From contig JAHPZE010000046.1 in the NCBI GenBank assembly GCA_019058365.1, forward strand, positions 1 to 23,892: DNA of 23,892 nt. The letters are read 5' to 3'. Shown here piece after piece: positions 8,894 to 18,468 of the stretch. This DNA is from Promethearchaeota archaeon (GTDB taxonomy: Archaea > Asgardarchaeota > Lokiarchaeia > Sigyniarchaeales > SOKP01). A program made the translations under genes and the position numbers. A model generated the notes under the pieces. The model did no database searches. It saw nothing but the letters and a program-made list of their open reading frames with translations, and was not told where the DNA came from. Numbering within the stretch: position 1 is the stretch's first letter; each line of letters opens with the position of its first letter.

Positions 8894-9499
8894 TTAATAA
8901 TCTTTCAATATCACGTTATCTTCTTCTTCGTTTGTTATTTCATAATCAGGATAAAAACTTTGACATTCTCTAAACCCTGCCAATATTATTACCATTGAGA
9001 TAAAAATAATCCCAATATAAACAAACCACTCAAAATTTTTTGAAATAAATCCATGTTCCCAAAGTTCATAATAAGAAAAAGTAAGATCACCGGTCACACT
9101 ATAATGTCCTGGAAGCATAGTGATAGTTGTACTTTTGGTAAACTCTTGAATAGATAAGTAATAATTAAATGTATATATGGTACCTGTTGCAGAATGTGTG
9201 AATGCAATTGACCCAGATCTATATCCCTCTCAAGTATTAAACACTATAACATCATACTTGTTTTGGATAAGATCGTTTTGTGGGAGTGTAAAACTACCTC
9301 TACAGAACCAAGGTTCAATCACACAAAGTTGCGATTTCCAAATTCTTTCTGTATTTAAGAGAGGTACAAATATAAACGGTACTATCGAGAGTCCAACACC
9401 AATAATAATAATTATTAGTCCAATTATATGGTGTTTTTTCAATCTTTTCAACTTTTGAGTCAAGGTTAGTATCTTTTTGTACAAGTCTTTAATAATCAC
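8894..9499 (-). pseudogene. Two-TM membrane protein (about 200 aa) interrupted by a single in-frame TGA at 9230-9232
   Basis: Track ORFs 9230..9499 and 8894..9118 are in the same frame. The intervening 37 codons (EGYRSGSIAFTHSATGTIYTFNYYLSIQEFTKSTTIT) are open. The joined product has an N-terminal TM, a beta-rich middle and a C-terminal TM. Confidence 0.65.
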
Positions 9500-9961
9500 C
9501 TAATATTACTTTAAGCTTTTATTGAATGTTCTACCTAGATTTGTTTGTAATTCAGAATTTTTTTTTAGATTTCTTTAAAGCCTAATTAATAAAAAGTTAA
9601 ATTAGTATAAAATTTTTAGGATCAAACTTTTTTTAAGTCTAATTTTTCTCGAAAAAAGGAAGATTGTAGAGAAATTTCTTTATTAGAAGTAAATTTAAAT
9701 AATTAAGCGAGAAATTAAACATTAATAATTAAGAAGAAAAAGATGTGATTTAAGGTAAGATATCCAAATAAAGTAATCGAGTTAGTTAATAAACTCCCTG
9801 AGAGCCACTCTGGTTTAAAAAAGCTCCTTAAAAAAAATTATAAAAGAATAAATTTTGATAAATTAAAACCTTTTAATCCTAAAAGTGAATTAATAGAAGT
9901 ACAGAATTTTTATAAGCAAGTAATTGAAGAGATTCTTTTATCAAGTCCAGAAGCCTTAGAA

Positions 9962-11644
9962 TTGCTTAAGAATTTGTCAGTTTTAAACACAGAGATAGAC
10001 ACCAATATTGATTTAAAAAGTATTAAAACTTCCTATAAAGTTCCAAATATCGAGAATTCATTCAATCAATTATTGAATATGGGTTTTATAAGAAAAAAAG
10101 AAGGTAAAGAAGAAATATATGAATTTTCCTTTCCAGAAATTAAAGATGTTTTAGAAACCTTAGCTAATGAAAATAATCATGAAAGAGCTATAAAATACTA
10201 CAAGAATAAAAAAAAGAAATGGAAAGTTGACATTTTAGATGATATCGAGGTTCTTTTTCATAAGGCAAAATTAAATCCGACTCATGGATTAGTTGATGAA
10301 TTTTTAACAATTGCCAATAATATAGAACAATTTGATTTTAGACATAAAAGATTGATTGATGTTGCACAAGAATTATTTATACTTGAGGATAAATATAAAG
10401 CTCCAATTCTAATCGTGCTTGGAAATTTATTATCTGTTGTAGGAAATCCTGAAACTGCAGAGAGAATCTTTCTTAATGCTTTAGATATTTACAAAAATTT
10501 GGCGAAAAAATATTATAAAATATATCTACCCTATATTGCAGCAACTCAAAAAAACCTAGGAACACTATATATAGATTTAAAACGGTTTGAAGAGGCAGAA
10601 AAAATATATAGCGATGCTTTAAGTTCATACAAGGAGTTAGAAAGACAGTATTATGATGCACATTCACCGGACTTTCATTCAACGGAGGATAATGGGATAA
10701 AAAAGTCATATATCGATGAATTGAAGTCATATAATGAGTTATTAAAACGATACTATGATATATATCTACCCAACGAACCCCCGATTACAAGTGAAATTGG
10801 CAATATAGGTGTTGATCTCGACTTATTAGAAGATATTCAAGATGGAACCATTGATTCTATAGAAAGTTACAAAACACTAGCTAAAATGTCTTATGATATG
10901 TATTTACTCGATATTGCTAAAACTCAGAGTAGTCTTGGACTCATCTATAGTGAATTAATGAGATTTGAAGAAGCAGAAAAGATGCATCTCGAAGCATTAA
11001 AACTCAAAAGAAAAGTTGCAGAACATTATCCCGATCAAGCTCTACCTGAGTTAGTTCTAACATTAATAGATCTTGGTGATTTATATGCTAGCTTAAATAA
11101 ATTTGATCATGCAGAGCCATTGTTTAAGGAAGCTTTAGAAATTTCTCTACAATTAGCAGAACAAAATCCAGAAGTATATTTATTTAACGTTGCTATTATC
11201 CAGAACTCCCTTGGAACTATATATACCAGATTACAGAAATTTGAAGAGGCTGAAAAAATGTATGTTGATGCCTTAAAAATTTTTAAAAGTTTCGCACAGG
11301 AAGACCCTAAAGCATACAATTTTAACGTTATTGATGTTCAGAACAACCTTGGTTATTTGTTTTTAAATAAAAGAAATTTTAATAAAGCTGAACATTATCT
11401 TAATAAAGCGTTGAAGAAAGATCCTATGAATAGTGAAATTTTGTATAATCTCGCTTCTCTTGAGGCACTCAGAAATAATCAAACCAAAGCTTTAGAGATA
11501 CTAGCAAAAGTAATAGAACTTGATAATAATTATGTTGAAAGAGTACTACACGATGAAAAACTTGATTGTCTTAAAGACTTGAAAGAATTTAAAGAATTAA
11601 CGGGTGAGAAAAGTTCCAACAATTACGCTAAAAAAAATAAATAA
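9962..11644 (+). CDS. Tetratricopeptide-repeat protein with an N-terminal winged-helix-like region (frame open upstream to 9749)
   Basis: Repeated A..QNNLG.LY....RFEEAE..Y..AL.IY..LA units; terminal YNLA...A......AL..L..VI.LD......V..DE.LD.L cap. The same frame has no stop from 9749. Confidence 0.85.
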   Translation: MLKNLSVLNTEIDTNIDLKSIKTSYKVPNIENSFNQLLNMGFIRKKEGKEEIYEFSFPEIKDVLETLANENNHERAIKYYKNKKKKWKVDILDDIEVLFHKAKLNPTHGLVDEFLTIANNIEQFDFRHKRLIDVAQELFILEDKYKAPILIVLGNLLSVVGNPETAERIFLNALDIYKNLAKKYYKIYLPYIAATQKNLGTLYIDLKRFEEAEKIYSDALSSYKELERQYYDAHSPDFHSTEDNGIKKSYIDELKSYNELLKRYYDIYLPNEPPITSEIGNIGVDLDLLEDIQDGTIDSIESYKTLAKMSYDMYLLDIAKTQSSLGLIYSELMRFEEAEKMHLEALKLKRKVAEHYPDQALPELVLTLIDLGDLYASLNKFDHAEPLFKEALEISLQLAEQNPEVYLFNVAIIQNSLGTIYTRLQKFEEAEKMYVDALKIFKSFAQEDPKAYNFNVIDVQNNLGYLFLNKRNFNKAEHYLNKALKKDPMNSEILYNLASLEALRNNQTKALEILAKVIELDNNYVERVLHDEKLDCLKDLKEFKELTGEKSSNNYAKKNK

Positions 11645-12077
11645 AATTACTTTGATGTCAATTTTACAATTAGATGTTAAGCCTGAGCAAAGAAATTTAA
11701 TTGCTTCTAATGCTAAATCAATAGCAGAGGCTTATTTCAATAAGGATGCTTGGTTCAGAGCGATTTATGCAGATAATATACCAGTTGGATTTGTAATGAT
11801 TAGTGATTCCTCATTAAAGTATAAATCCAATCCAAATCATAAGCCCTCCTATTTTCTTTGGAGATTTATGATTGATGCTAAATTTCAAGGAAAAGGATAT
11901 GGTAAAGATGCAATGACCTTAGTAATTAATCATGTTAGAAACAGGCCATACGCAAAAGAACTTCTATTAAGTCACAGCAAATCAGATGGAAATGCGGGAG
12001 AATTTTATAAAAAATGTGGTTTCGAATATACTGGTCGCGAAATAAGTGATGAATTGTTAATGAGTTTAAAATGGTAA
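11604..12077 (+). CDS. GNAT acetyltransferase (spermine/spermidine acetyltransferase BltD-like)
   Basis: LDVKPEQ..IASNAKSIAEAY, RAIY, LWRFMIDAKFQGKGYG (acetyl-CoA motif) and FYKKCGF. Overlaps the end of the TPR gene by about 40 bp. Confidence 0.88.
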   Translation: MRKVPTITLKKINKITLMSILQLDVKPEQRNLIASNAKSIAEAYFNKDAWFRAIYADNIPVGFVMISDSSLKYKSNPNHKPSYFLWRFMIDAKFQGKGYGKDAMTLVINHVRNRPYAKELLLSHSKSDGNAGEFYKKCGFEYTGREISDELLMSLKW

Positions 12078-12160
12078 AATATTTATCAATTACTTTAATT
12101 CTAATTTTTCTTCATAATTAAAGACTTACTTGGTAAATGAAGTTTCTAATTTAGATGATA

Positions 12161-13018
12161 CTAGTTTTCCATATCTGAAATTGGATTTGTTTCATAGAAT
12201 AGATTAATTTCTTCTTTTGATAAACTAATTTCAGCAGCTTTAGCATTTGCTTCTACATGTTCTATTTTAAATGCTTTAGGTATGGTTATTACATTCTCAT
12301 GGTTAATTAACCAAGCAATAGCAATCTGTTGAATAGTTGAGTTATGTGATTTTGCTACTCGTTCTAATTTTTCTCTTAACTCTCCTTTTAAATTATGAAA
12401 ACCACTATGTCCTAAGGGACTATATGCTGTCATAATGATTCCCTCATTTTGATAAAAAGGTAAAGATTGGTTAATATGTTTCTGTCTTGTAATGCTAGCA
12501 TTTAATTGATTGTTAACTAATTCTGTATTTTTTAAGTAAGTCTGAGCTTCTTTAAATTGTTCTACAGAAAAATTACTTACCCCAATATATCTCACTTTTC
12601 CTTCATTGACAAGATCCTCTAAAACTCTCATTTGTTTCTTAATTGATATTAAAGAAGATGGCCAATGTATAAGGTAAAGATCTATTTGTTTAATTCCTAA
12701 TCTTTTAAGACTATTATACGCCGCTTTTTTCATACTATTGTATCTAGTATGCATTGGAAATAATTTACTTGTTATAAATAAATCATCTCTATTATATTCA
12801 GAAATTACCTGTCCCACAACTTTCTCTGATGTCCCTCTACCATACATTTCAGCAGTGTCTATATGAGTAATTCCAAGTTCAATACCTTTCCTTATTGATT
12901 CTTTCCATTTTTCATAATACTCTTTATTTCTATAACTTTTAATACCCCATGTACCTTGACCTAGGATTGGAATATTCTCGTCTGTTTTTCCTAATCTAAT
13001 CTTTTTCAATTCTATCAC
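12161..13018 (-). CDS. Aldo/keto reductase
   Basis: LGQGTW, IDTAEMY (Asp/Tyr), ITSK, DLYLIHWP, IGVSNF, AYSPLG, IPKA. The real start is probably the TTG at 13009. Confidence 0.93.
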   Translation of the reverse strand: MIELKKIRLGKTDENIPILGQGTWGIKSYRNKEYYEKWKESIRKGIELGITHIDTAEMYGRGTSEKVVGQVISEYNRDDLFITSKLFPMHTRYNSMKKAAYNSLKRLGIKQIDLYLIHWPSSLISIKKQMRVLEDLVNEGKVRYIGVSNFSVEQFKEAQTYLKNTELVNNQLNASITRQKHINQSLPFYQNEGIIMTAYSPLGHSGFHNLKGELREKLERVAKSHNSTIQQIAIAWLINHENVITIPKAFKIEHVEANAKAAEISLSKEEINLFYETNPISDMEN

Positions 13019-13297
13019 ACTTTCTTTATTAAAAATAAAAAAATTAAAGAGCTTTAATCTTCTCTTTTAAAAATTATTAAAAGTTTGAAGAAAATAATTA
13101 AAAATTGATTGCTTTTTTGCTAAGATTTATATAAAATATAAAGCAATTTATTTCTGAATACAATTTTAACTTATATCGATTGTTTAATATACTTCAAAAT
13201 TATAAATTTATAATAATAAATCTTTAGAGCATACTCTCTAAGATAAGGTTGAAATAAAAGATTTAAAAAAATTTGTGTGTTTTGATATTTCTCTTTA

Positions 13298-14974
13298 TTA
13301 GTCCTGAATCTGCTTCTTCTTTATATATATAGAAATAACTATGATGACTCCTAAAAAGGTTCCAGTCAATAATATTGTAATTTGAAAGCCAGGAATTTTA
13401 GCTTCCACAATATTAACTAGTATTGAAGTTTGTTGAACATTGTTAGCTTTATCTACCGCAACAGCTGTAATATTATGTGTTCCACTTTTATATATTAATG
13501 TATTTAAGCTAAATACTACCTCGGGATATGGATAATATGGAGGCATTAATTCTTCTTTCAACAATGTTCCGTCAAAATATATTTGAATTTTATCAAGGGC
13601 TTGATCATCGTCTCCTTCTACTATAATATCAACGATACCTTTTAATCCCGCATTCGCATTTGGATTTGTAATTATTACCGTAGGATCAACATTATCTACT
13701 GGAGCAATTCCATCTTCATTAATACCTACTCGAGTGGAAATAATTTGACCACGTCTTCCATCCACATCTTCAACAAAAAAGGTAAGTATATAGTCAGAAT
13801 CAAGTATTGGGGACATGATCTCTACTATTCCAGTAAAATTACCATTCCCATCAGGTGTTAATTCCCATTGATACAAATTTTCATTCACATCCCAAAGTCC
13901 CATTGATTCATTATCTCTCGGTTCTGGGGGTGTCCAATCTTCAGATATTACTCTACAAATCACACTTGCAATGTCTGTTGAATTATCAACTCCTACAGCA
14001 ATTGGAAAAGTTATTAATGCGGGATTATGTGCCACCCAAAATTTTAATGGAACAAACAGGATTTGTGGAGCCTGAATCAAAATAGGAGGACATCCTTGAC
14101 ATAAAAAGGTATTTTTTGCATCATTTCCATCTCCTGTACTCGGAAGTTGTCCCCAAGCATTTACTATATGTCCCATCCCATCATGATTATCATCAATACA
14201 TGGTCTTTGCAATTCTCCGTAACCCAAAGCTTTAATCTCATTATTAGCATCCACGAAAGCATCTCCAATGGAATTTCCTGCAAGAATAGATTTAAAAAGA
14301 CCTTCTCCAAACATCGAAATATGGGGTGGGATTGGACTCCAATATGCGCTATAATAAGGTTCAGTTGAAGTCATAATTATTCTATCCGATTTACTTAAGT
14401 CATCTAAGAAAGTTCCAGAAGAACATGCTTCATAAATAACAATTATCCGATCACATCCAGAAGCAGTTTCAAAACCATCCAAATATTCATCAAGCTCCCA
14501 AGCAGCTAATGAGGAAAAAGGAGCCATTGACATTGCATTGGTTCCTCCATGATCATGTAAATAGACTGCTAAAATTCCATTTGGACCAACCTTACTTGGT
14601 GCCCATGTATTGAATGCATAATCTAAATTTGGGCGATAAGTAGCCCCATATTCCCGGTCAGTGTATGAGACCGAATATAGTGGAACTAGCATTAATATTT
14701 CATCTTCAGTATTGCCACATGCTAATGCTTGATCATAGACCCATTCACAGGTCAATAATACTAAATCCCATGCATCATGATTTGATTTATCTCCCCCGAT
14801 AATGATCCACGCATCTATACACTCGTATTGAGCAGCACTAGCTTTAACTGAAATGTCGGAATTAGTGTCAAATTGGCTATAACTCATATTTCCACCAGAA
14901 TTTACCAACCAATATTGAAAATTAGAGAGAATAATATAAGTAAGTAGAATTAATCCTAACTTTTTTTTATCCAT
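13298..14974 (-). CDS. Secreted C13 family (legumain/GPI8-like, caspase-fold) cysteine peptidase with an Ig-like domain and a C-terminal IPGF-TM-basic sorting signal
   Basis: Signal peptide; His in VYLHDHGG and Cys in VIYEACSSGTF; RIIMTST; QRPCIDDN; Ig-like PTVIITNP..GIVDIIVEGDDD..GTHNITAVAVDKANN; tail KIPGF + TM + KKK. Confidence 0.8.
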   Translation of the reverse strand: MDKKKLGLILLTYIILSNFQYWLVNSGGNMSYSQFDTNSDISVKASAAQYECIDAWIIIGGDKSNHDAWDLVLLTCEWVYDQALACGNTEDEILMLVPLYSVSYTDREYGATYRPNLDYAFNTWAPSKVGPNGILAVYLHDHGGTNAMSMAPFSSLAAWELDEYLDGFETASGCDRIIVIYEACSSGTFLDDLSKSDRIIMTSTEPYYSAYWSPIPPHISMFGEGLFKSILAGNSIGDAFVDANNEIKALGYGELQRPCIDDNHDGMGHIVNAWGQLPSTGDGNDAKNTFLCQGCPPILIQAPQILFVPLKFWVAHNPALITFPIAVGVDNSTDIASVICRVISEDWTPPEPRDNESMGLWDVNENLYQWELTPDGNGNFTGIVEIMSPILDSDYILTFFVEDVDGRRGQIISTRVGINEDGIAPVDNVDPTVIITNPNANAGLKGIVDIIVEGDDDQALDKIQIYFDGTLLKEELMPPYYPYPEVVFSLNTLIYKSGTHNITAVAVDKANNVQQTSILVNIVEAKIPGFQITILLTGTFLGVIIVISIYIKKKQIQD

Positions 14975-15154
14975 TTTTTTTCATTCCTCTATATTTATTT
15001 TTTATTAAATTTTTCAGAATAGTCTTTATCTTGATTAGATTTCTTCATAAATGTAAAATCATTCTTTATAGGATGCATGTCTAAAAATTACATTGAGATA
15101 TATAAACTTATGTTAATTTTTTAATTTTCAAAAAAATAAGAAATTGTGAAAAAC

Positions 15155-17308
15155 TTACTTTAATTCCAATTTATTCTGACAATAAGGACAATGAAGGGGT
15201 AATTCCTCATCACAAGTCTCCAGTCCCTCACTACTCATAATATTTTTCCAACAAATTAATTTATCTCCCTTTTGAACCATATCACGACCATGATGTTGAG
15301 GAATGATATCTTTAGTTTCACAATTCGTACATATTATTACCTTAGCTTCACTTTCTAACTCTTCAGTTGAAATTTCTTTATATAAGAACTTATATCTGAA
15401 AATTGTTAAACTATTGAGTAAAACTAATAAAGAAATACCCATATCTCCAATTCCAACAGCTAACCAAAGAGTCATCAAGCCAATAACTGTTAAAATAGCA
15501 AATGAAACTTTCACAAGAATTGAAGTCCAAATATTTTGTTTTATTTTCTTATTAGTTTTTTTTGCAATATCGATGTAGGTAAGTATTTTTTTCAAATCAT
15601 CGCCTATAACAATGATATCAGCAGTTTCTAATGTAATGTCCGTAGCAGAACCCCCTATTGCGATTCCTAAATCGGATAAAGCTAATGCTGGAGCATCATT
15701 TATGCCATCACCTACCATTGCAACTCCTCTATATTTTTGTTTTAAATTTTGAATTTCTTGTAGTTTTTGGTCTGGTAACTGTTCACCATATGCTTGATCA
15801 ATGTCTAAACAAGCTCCAATTGTATTACATACTCTCTGATTATCACCAGAAATTAAAACCGTCTCATAACCCCTCTTTTTTAAGCCATTAATTAGAATAG
15901 GCGCTGAAACTCTTAAGACATCTCTAATTGTGATAATTCCTAATAAATGCTTTTGATTTCCTAACAGAATTGGTATTGTTCCTGAAATCTCAATATTCTT
16001 AATATCATTAATCGGAAGGTCATAGTTTAAATCTTCAATAAATTTTTGACTCCCTACATAAAACATCTCACCATTGATTATTCCCTTTACCCCTTTTCCT
16101 TTAATTACTTCAAAATTCTCAACAGCTTGAAATGGTATCTCCATATCTTTAGCTTGCTTTACAACGGTTTTTCCAATGGGATGTTCTGAAAGAGCCTCTA
16201 AACTGGCAGCAGCACTAATTATATCCGATTTATTAGCTCCATTGTAAGTATAAATATCAAAAATCTTTAAATTCCCTTCAGTGAGGGTACCAGTTTTATC
16301 AAACGCGAAGACTTCGATATCATGAAGTTTTTCAATAAATTTATTCCCTTTAACTAAAATTCCTTCTCTCGCTTGCTTAGTTAATGATGCTATATTTGCT
16401 AAGGGCGTAGATAGGGTTAAAGCACATGGACATGAAACTACTAATAGGACTAATCCACGATAGAACCAATCATAAAAGTTGAGCCCTAAAAATGATGGAA
16501 TAGTCATTACCAAAATGGATGACAAAAGGACAATGGGAGTATAATATTTCGCAAACTTCTCGATAAATTTTTCATGATGGCTCTTATTTTGCTGAGCAAT
16601 TTTCACACTTTCTGCAATTTGAGCTACAATTGTATTTTTACTTTCTCTCATAACTTCAATATCTATAAAACTTTCAGAATTTAGGCTAGCAGCAAAAACT
16701 TCTTCACCTTCTTCTTTAAAAACTGGAACTGATTCTCCTGTAATTGCACTTTCATCAAGATAGGAACTCCCTTTAATAATAACACCATCTAATGGGACTT
16801 TCATACCGGGTTTTATACCAACAATATCTCCTATTTTTACTTCTTTTGATGGAATATTCGTATATCCGTTTTCAGTTTTCAATAAAGCATCATCAGGAGC
16901 GAGTTCAAGTAGTTCCTTAATAGCGTTCCTTGATCTTTCGGTTGTTATTTCTTCTAACCTTTCTGCTATTGCATATAATAATAGTGCTGTTGCGCCTTCT
17001 TGACCATGTAATATGAAAAATGATGCGATACCCGCTATCAACATTAAAAGGTTTGCCGTTATTTTTTTTTTACTCAAATCTTCTATTGCTTCCTTAACAA
17101 CTCCAGAACTTGAAAGAAGAATTGAGCTAATTGCCAGAATTTGAGATATTAATTTAATTTCAAATACAAATTCTAAAATTATAGAAATCGCAAGCAAAAT
17201 TGCTGCAGGAATAATAAAATACCAGAAATTTTCTTCGAAGAACCATCCCTCTTCTAATTCTTCTTCTTTACAAATTGATGATGAGCAGGTTATTGTGATA
17301 ATTCTCAC
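15155..17308 (-). CDS. Heavy-metal-translocating P1B-type ATPase (Zn/Cd/Pb, ZntA/CadA-like)
   Basis: TGES, SCPCALTLSTP, DKTGTLT, SEHP and GDGINDAP; Lys in the penultimate TM (LVKV) and GDMG in the last TM, as in P1B-2 pumps. Confidence 0.93.
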   Translation of the reverse strand: MRIITITCSSSICKEEELEEGWFFEENFWYFIIPAAILLAISIILEFVFEIKLISQILAISSILLSSSGVVKEAIEDLSKKKITANLLMLIAGIASFFILHGQEGATALLLYAIAERLEEITTERSRNAIKELLELAPDDALLKTENGYTNIPSKEVKIGDIVGIKPGMKVPLDGVIIKGSSYLDESAITGESVPVFKEEGEEVFAASLNSESFIDIEVMRESKNTIVAQIAESVKIAQQNKSHHEKFIEKFAKYYTPIVLLSSILVMTIPSFLGLNFYDWFYRGLVLLVVSCPCALTLSTPLANIASLTKQAREGILVKGNKFIEKLHDIEVFAFDKTGTLTEGNLKIFDIYTYNGANKSDIISAAASLEALSEHPIGKTVVKQAKDMEIPFQAVENFEVIKGKGVKGIINGEMFYVGSQKFIEDLNYDLPINDIKNIEISGTIPILLGNQKHLLGIITIRDVLRVSAPILINGLKKRGYETVLISGDNQRVCNTIGACLDIDQAYGEQLPDQKLQEIQNLKQKYRGVAMVGDGINDAPALALSDLGIAIGGSATDITLETADIIVIGDDLKKILTYIDIAKKTNKKIKQNIWTSILVKVSFAILTVIGLMTLWLAVGIGDMGISLLVLLNSLTIFRYKFLYKEISTEELESEAKVIICTNCETKDIIPQHHGRDMVQKGDKLICWKNIMSSEGLETCDEELPLHCPYCQNKLELK

Positions 17309-17477
17309 CTATTTAATAATTGGATATACTTCAATTAGAACTTACCATTTATAGAGTATAAAAGAATCAATCTATGTATGAACTATATTAATGATTTTTC
17401 TATAATATTTTTATTTTATATAACAAGTGAATAGGATGATATTGACCAAGTAAATTTTCAAAAATTTAATGAATGTA

Positions 17478-18371
17478 TTACTTTATAACATAAACAAGTT
17501 TTTGTCCTTCCTGTTCTTCAAGCTTTAACTCTCTCCTAATAGCATTTCGTATCAAATATCCTCCAACATGCAATATAGAATCTCCGAGCATAAAATCTTG
17601 GTCCATTGAGGCATTACAAGGATAAGCATGATGAGCTTTACTTATTCTTTCGTTCAGAGAAAGATTTTTACTTTTTCCATTTTTGAAGTACTTAGATTTT
17701 AGTTGTTGGCAAACATAATATGTGCTTCCGCATGGAGCACTTTGAATGACACAAGTATCTTCAATTGATTCCCCATCCTTACTTAATAAAAATGAAACAA
17801 TTGGTTGCCCAATTTTAAAATAATCTATAAATTCATCAATAAAATCATGTTTACGTGTTAAATGAAAACCAATTTTATTATAATCATTTAAATCTTTACT
17901 TAAGGAGCAAAAAGGTTTAGGAAAAGCTGCTTGAATACCAAATTTTTCGAATTCTTTTAAGATCATTGATTGCAATCCTGAAGGCACCCATTTTGGATCT
18001 TCAATTGGAACTATAACAGCTTTAATACTTTTATCCATGAGATAATTAGGAAGATCTAAAAGTAAATCTTGATGGATACCTACGACTAATAAAAAATCGA
18101 CGGGTGGCAAAATCTTTGGTAGATATTCCGTTGAATCTTCAACAAATTCAGGAATATTTTCTCCTACTTTTTCAAAAAAATAGATTGAGTTGGCAAAACT
18201 CTTTATATACTCACGACATTTATCGCATTTTACATTTTGTTCTAAATCTTCGCAAGCTTTACAGAATTCCTCATTATTAATGAGATTGCCAACAAACTTT
18301 TGAGTTAGCATCTCAATCTCTGTTCCGATGCCGTAAAGAACTCCTAGTTTATACTTTTTCTCAATCAACAT
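17478..18371 (-). CDS. DUF166 family protein
   Basis: PEFVED...LP, GIHQDL, PKPFCSL, SAPCGSTYYV, HHAYPCNASM..D...LH.GG; extra C..C......C..C segment near the N-terminus. Confidence 0.7.
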   Translation of the reverse strand: MLIEKKYKLGVLYGIGTEIEMLTQKFVGNLINNEEFCKACEDLEQNVKCDKCREYIKSFANSIYFFEKVGENIPEFVEDSTEYLPKILPPVDFLLVVGIHQDLLLDLPNYLMDKSIKAVIVPIEDPKWVPSGLQSMILKEFEKFGIQAAFPKPFCSLSKDLNDYNKIGFHLTRKHDFIDEFIDYFKIGQPIVSFLLSKDGESIEDTCVIQSAPCGSTYYVCQQLKSKYFKNGKSKNLSLNERISKAHHAYPCNASMDQDFMLGDSILHVGGYLIRNAIRRELKLEEQEGQKLVYVIK

Positions 18372-18468
18372 TAAAATGAAATAAATATGTGTTTTATTTG
18401 TATTTTTAATACATTATAAAAAATATATTACTTTAGCTGAACATGTTCTGCATGCATTTGAAGTAAAC

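Noticed and set aside
13019-13297. CRISPR array, ncRNA or repeats in the long AT-rich intergenic regions (also 9500-9740, 22440-22560, 23270-23892)
   Set aside because: No regularly spaced direct repeats or GC-rich stems were seen, only poly-A/T tracts and short chance palindromes.
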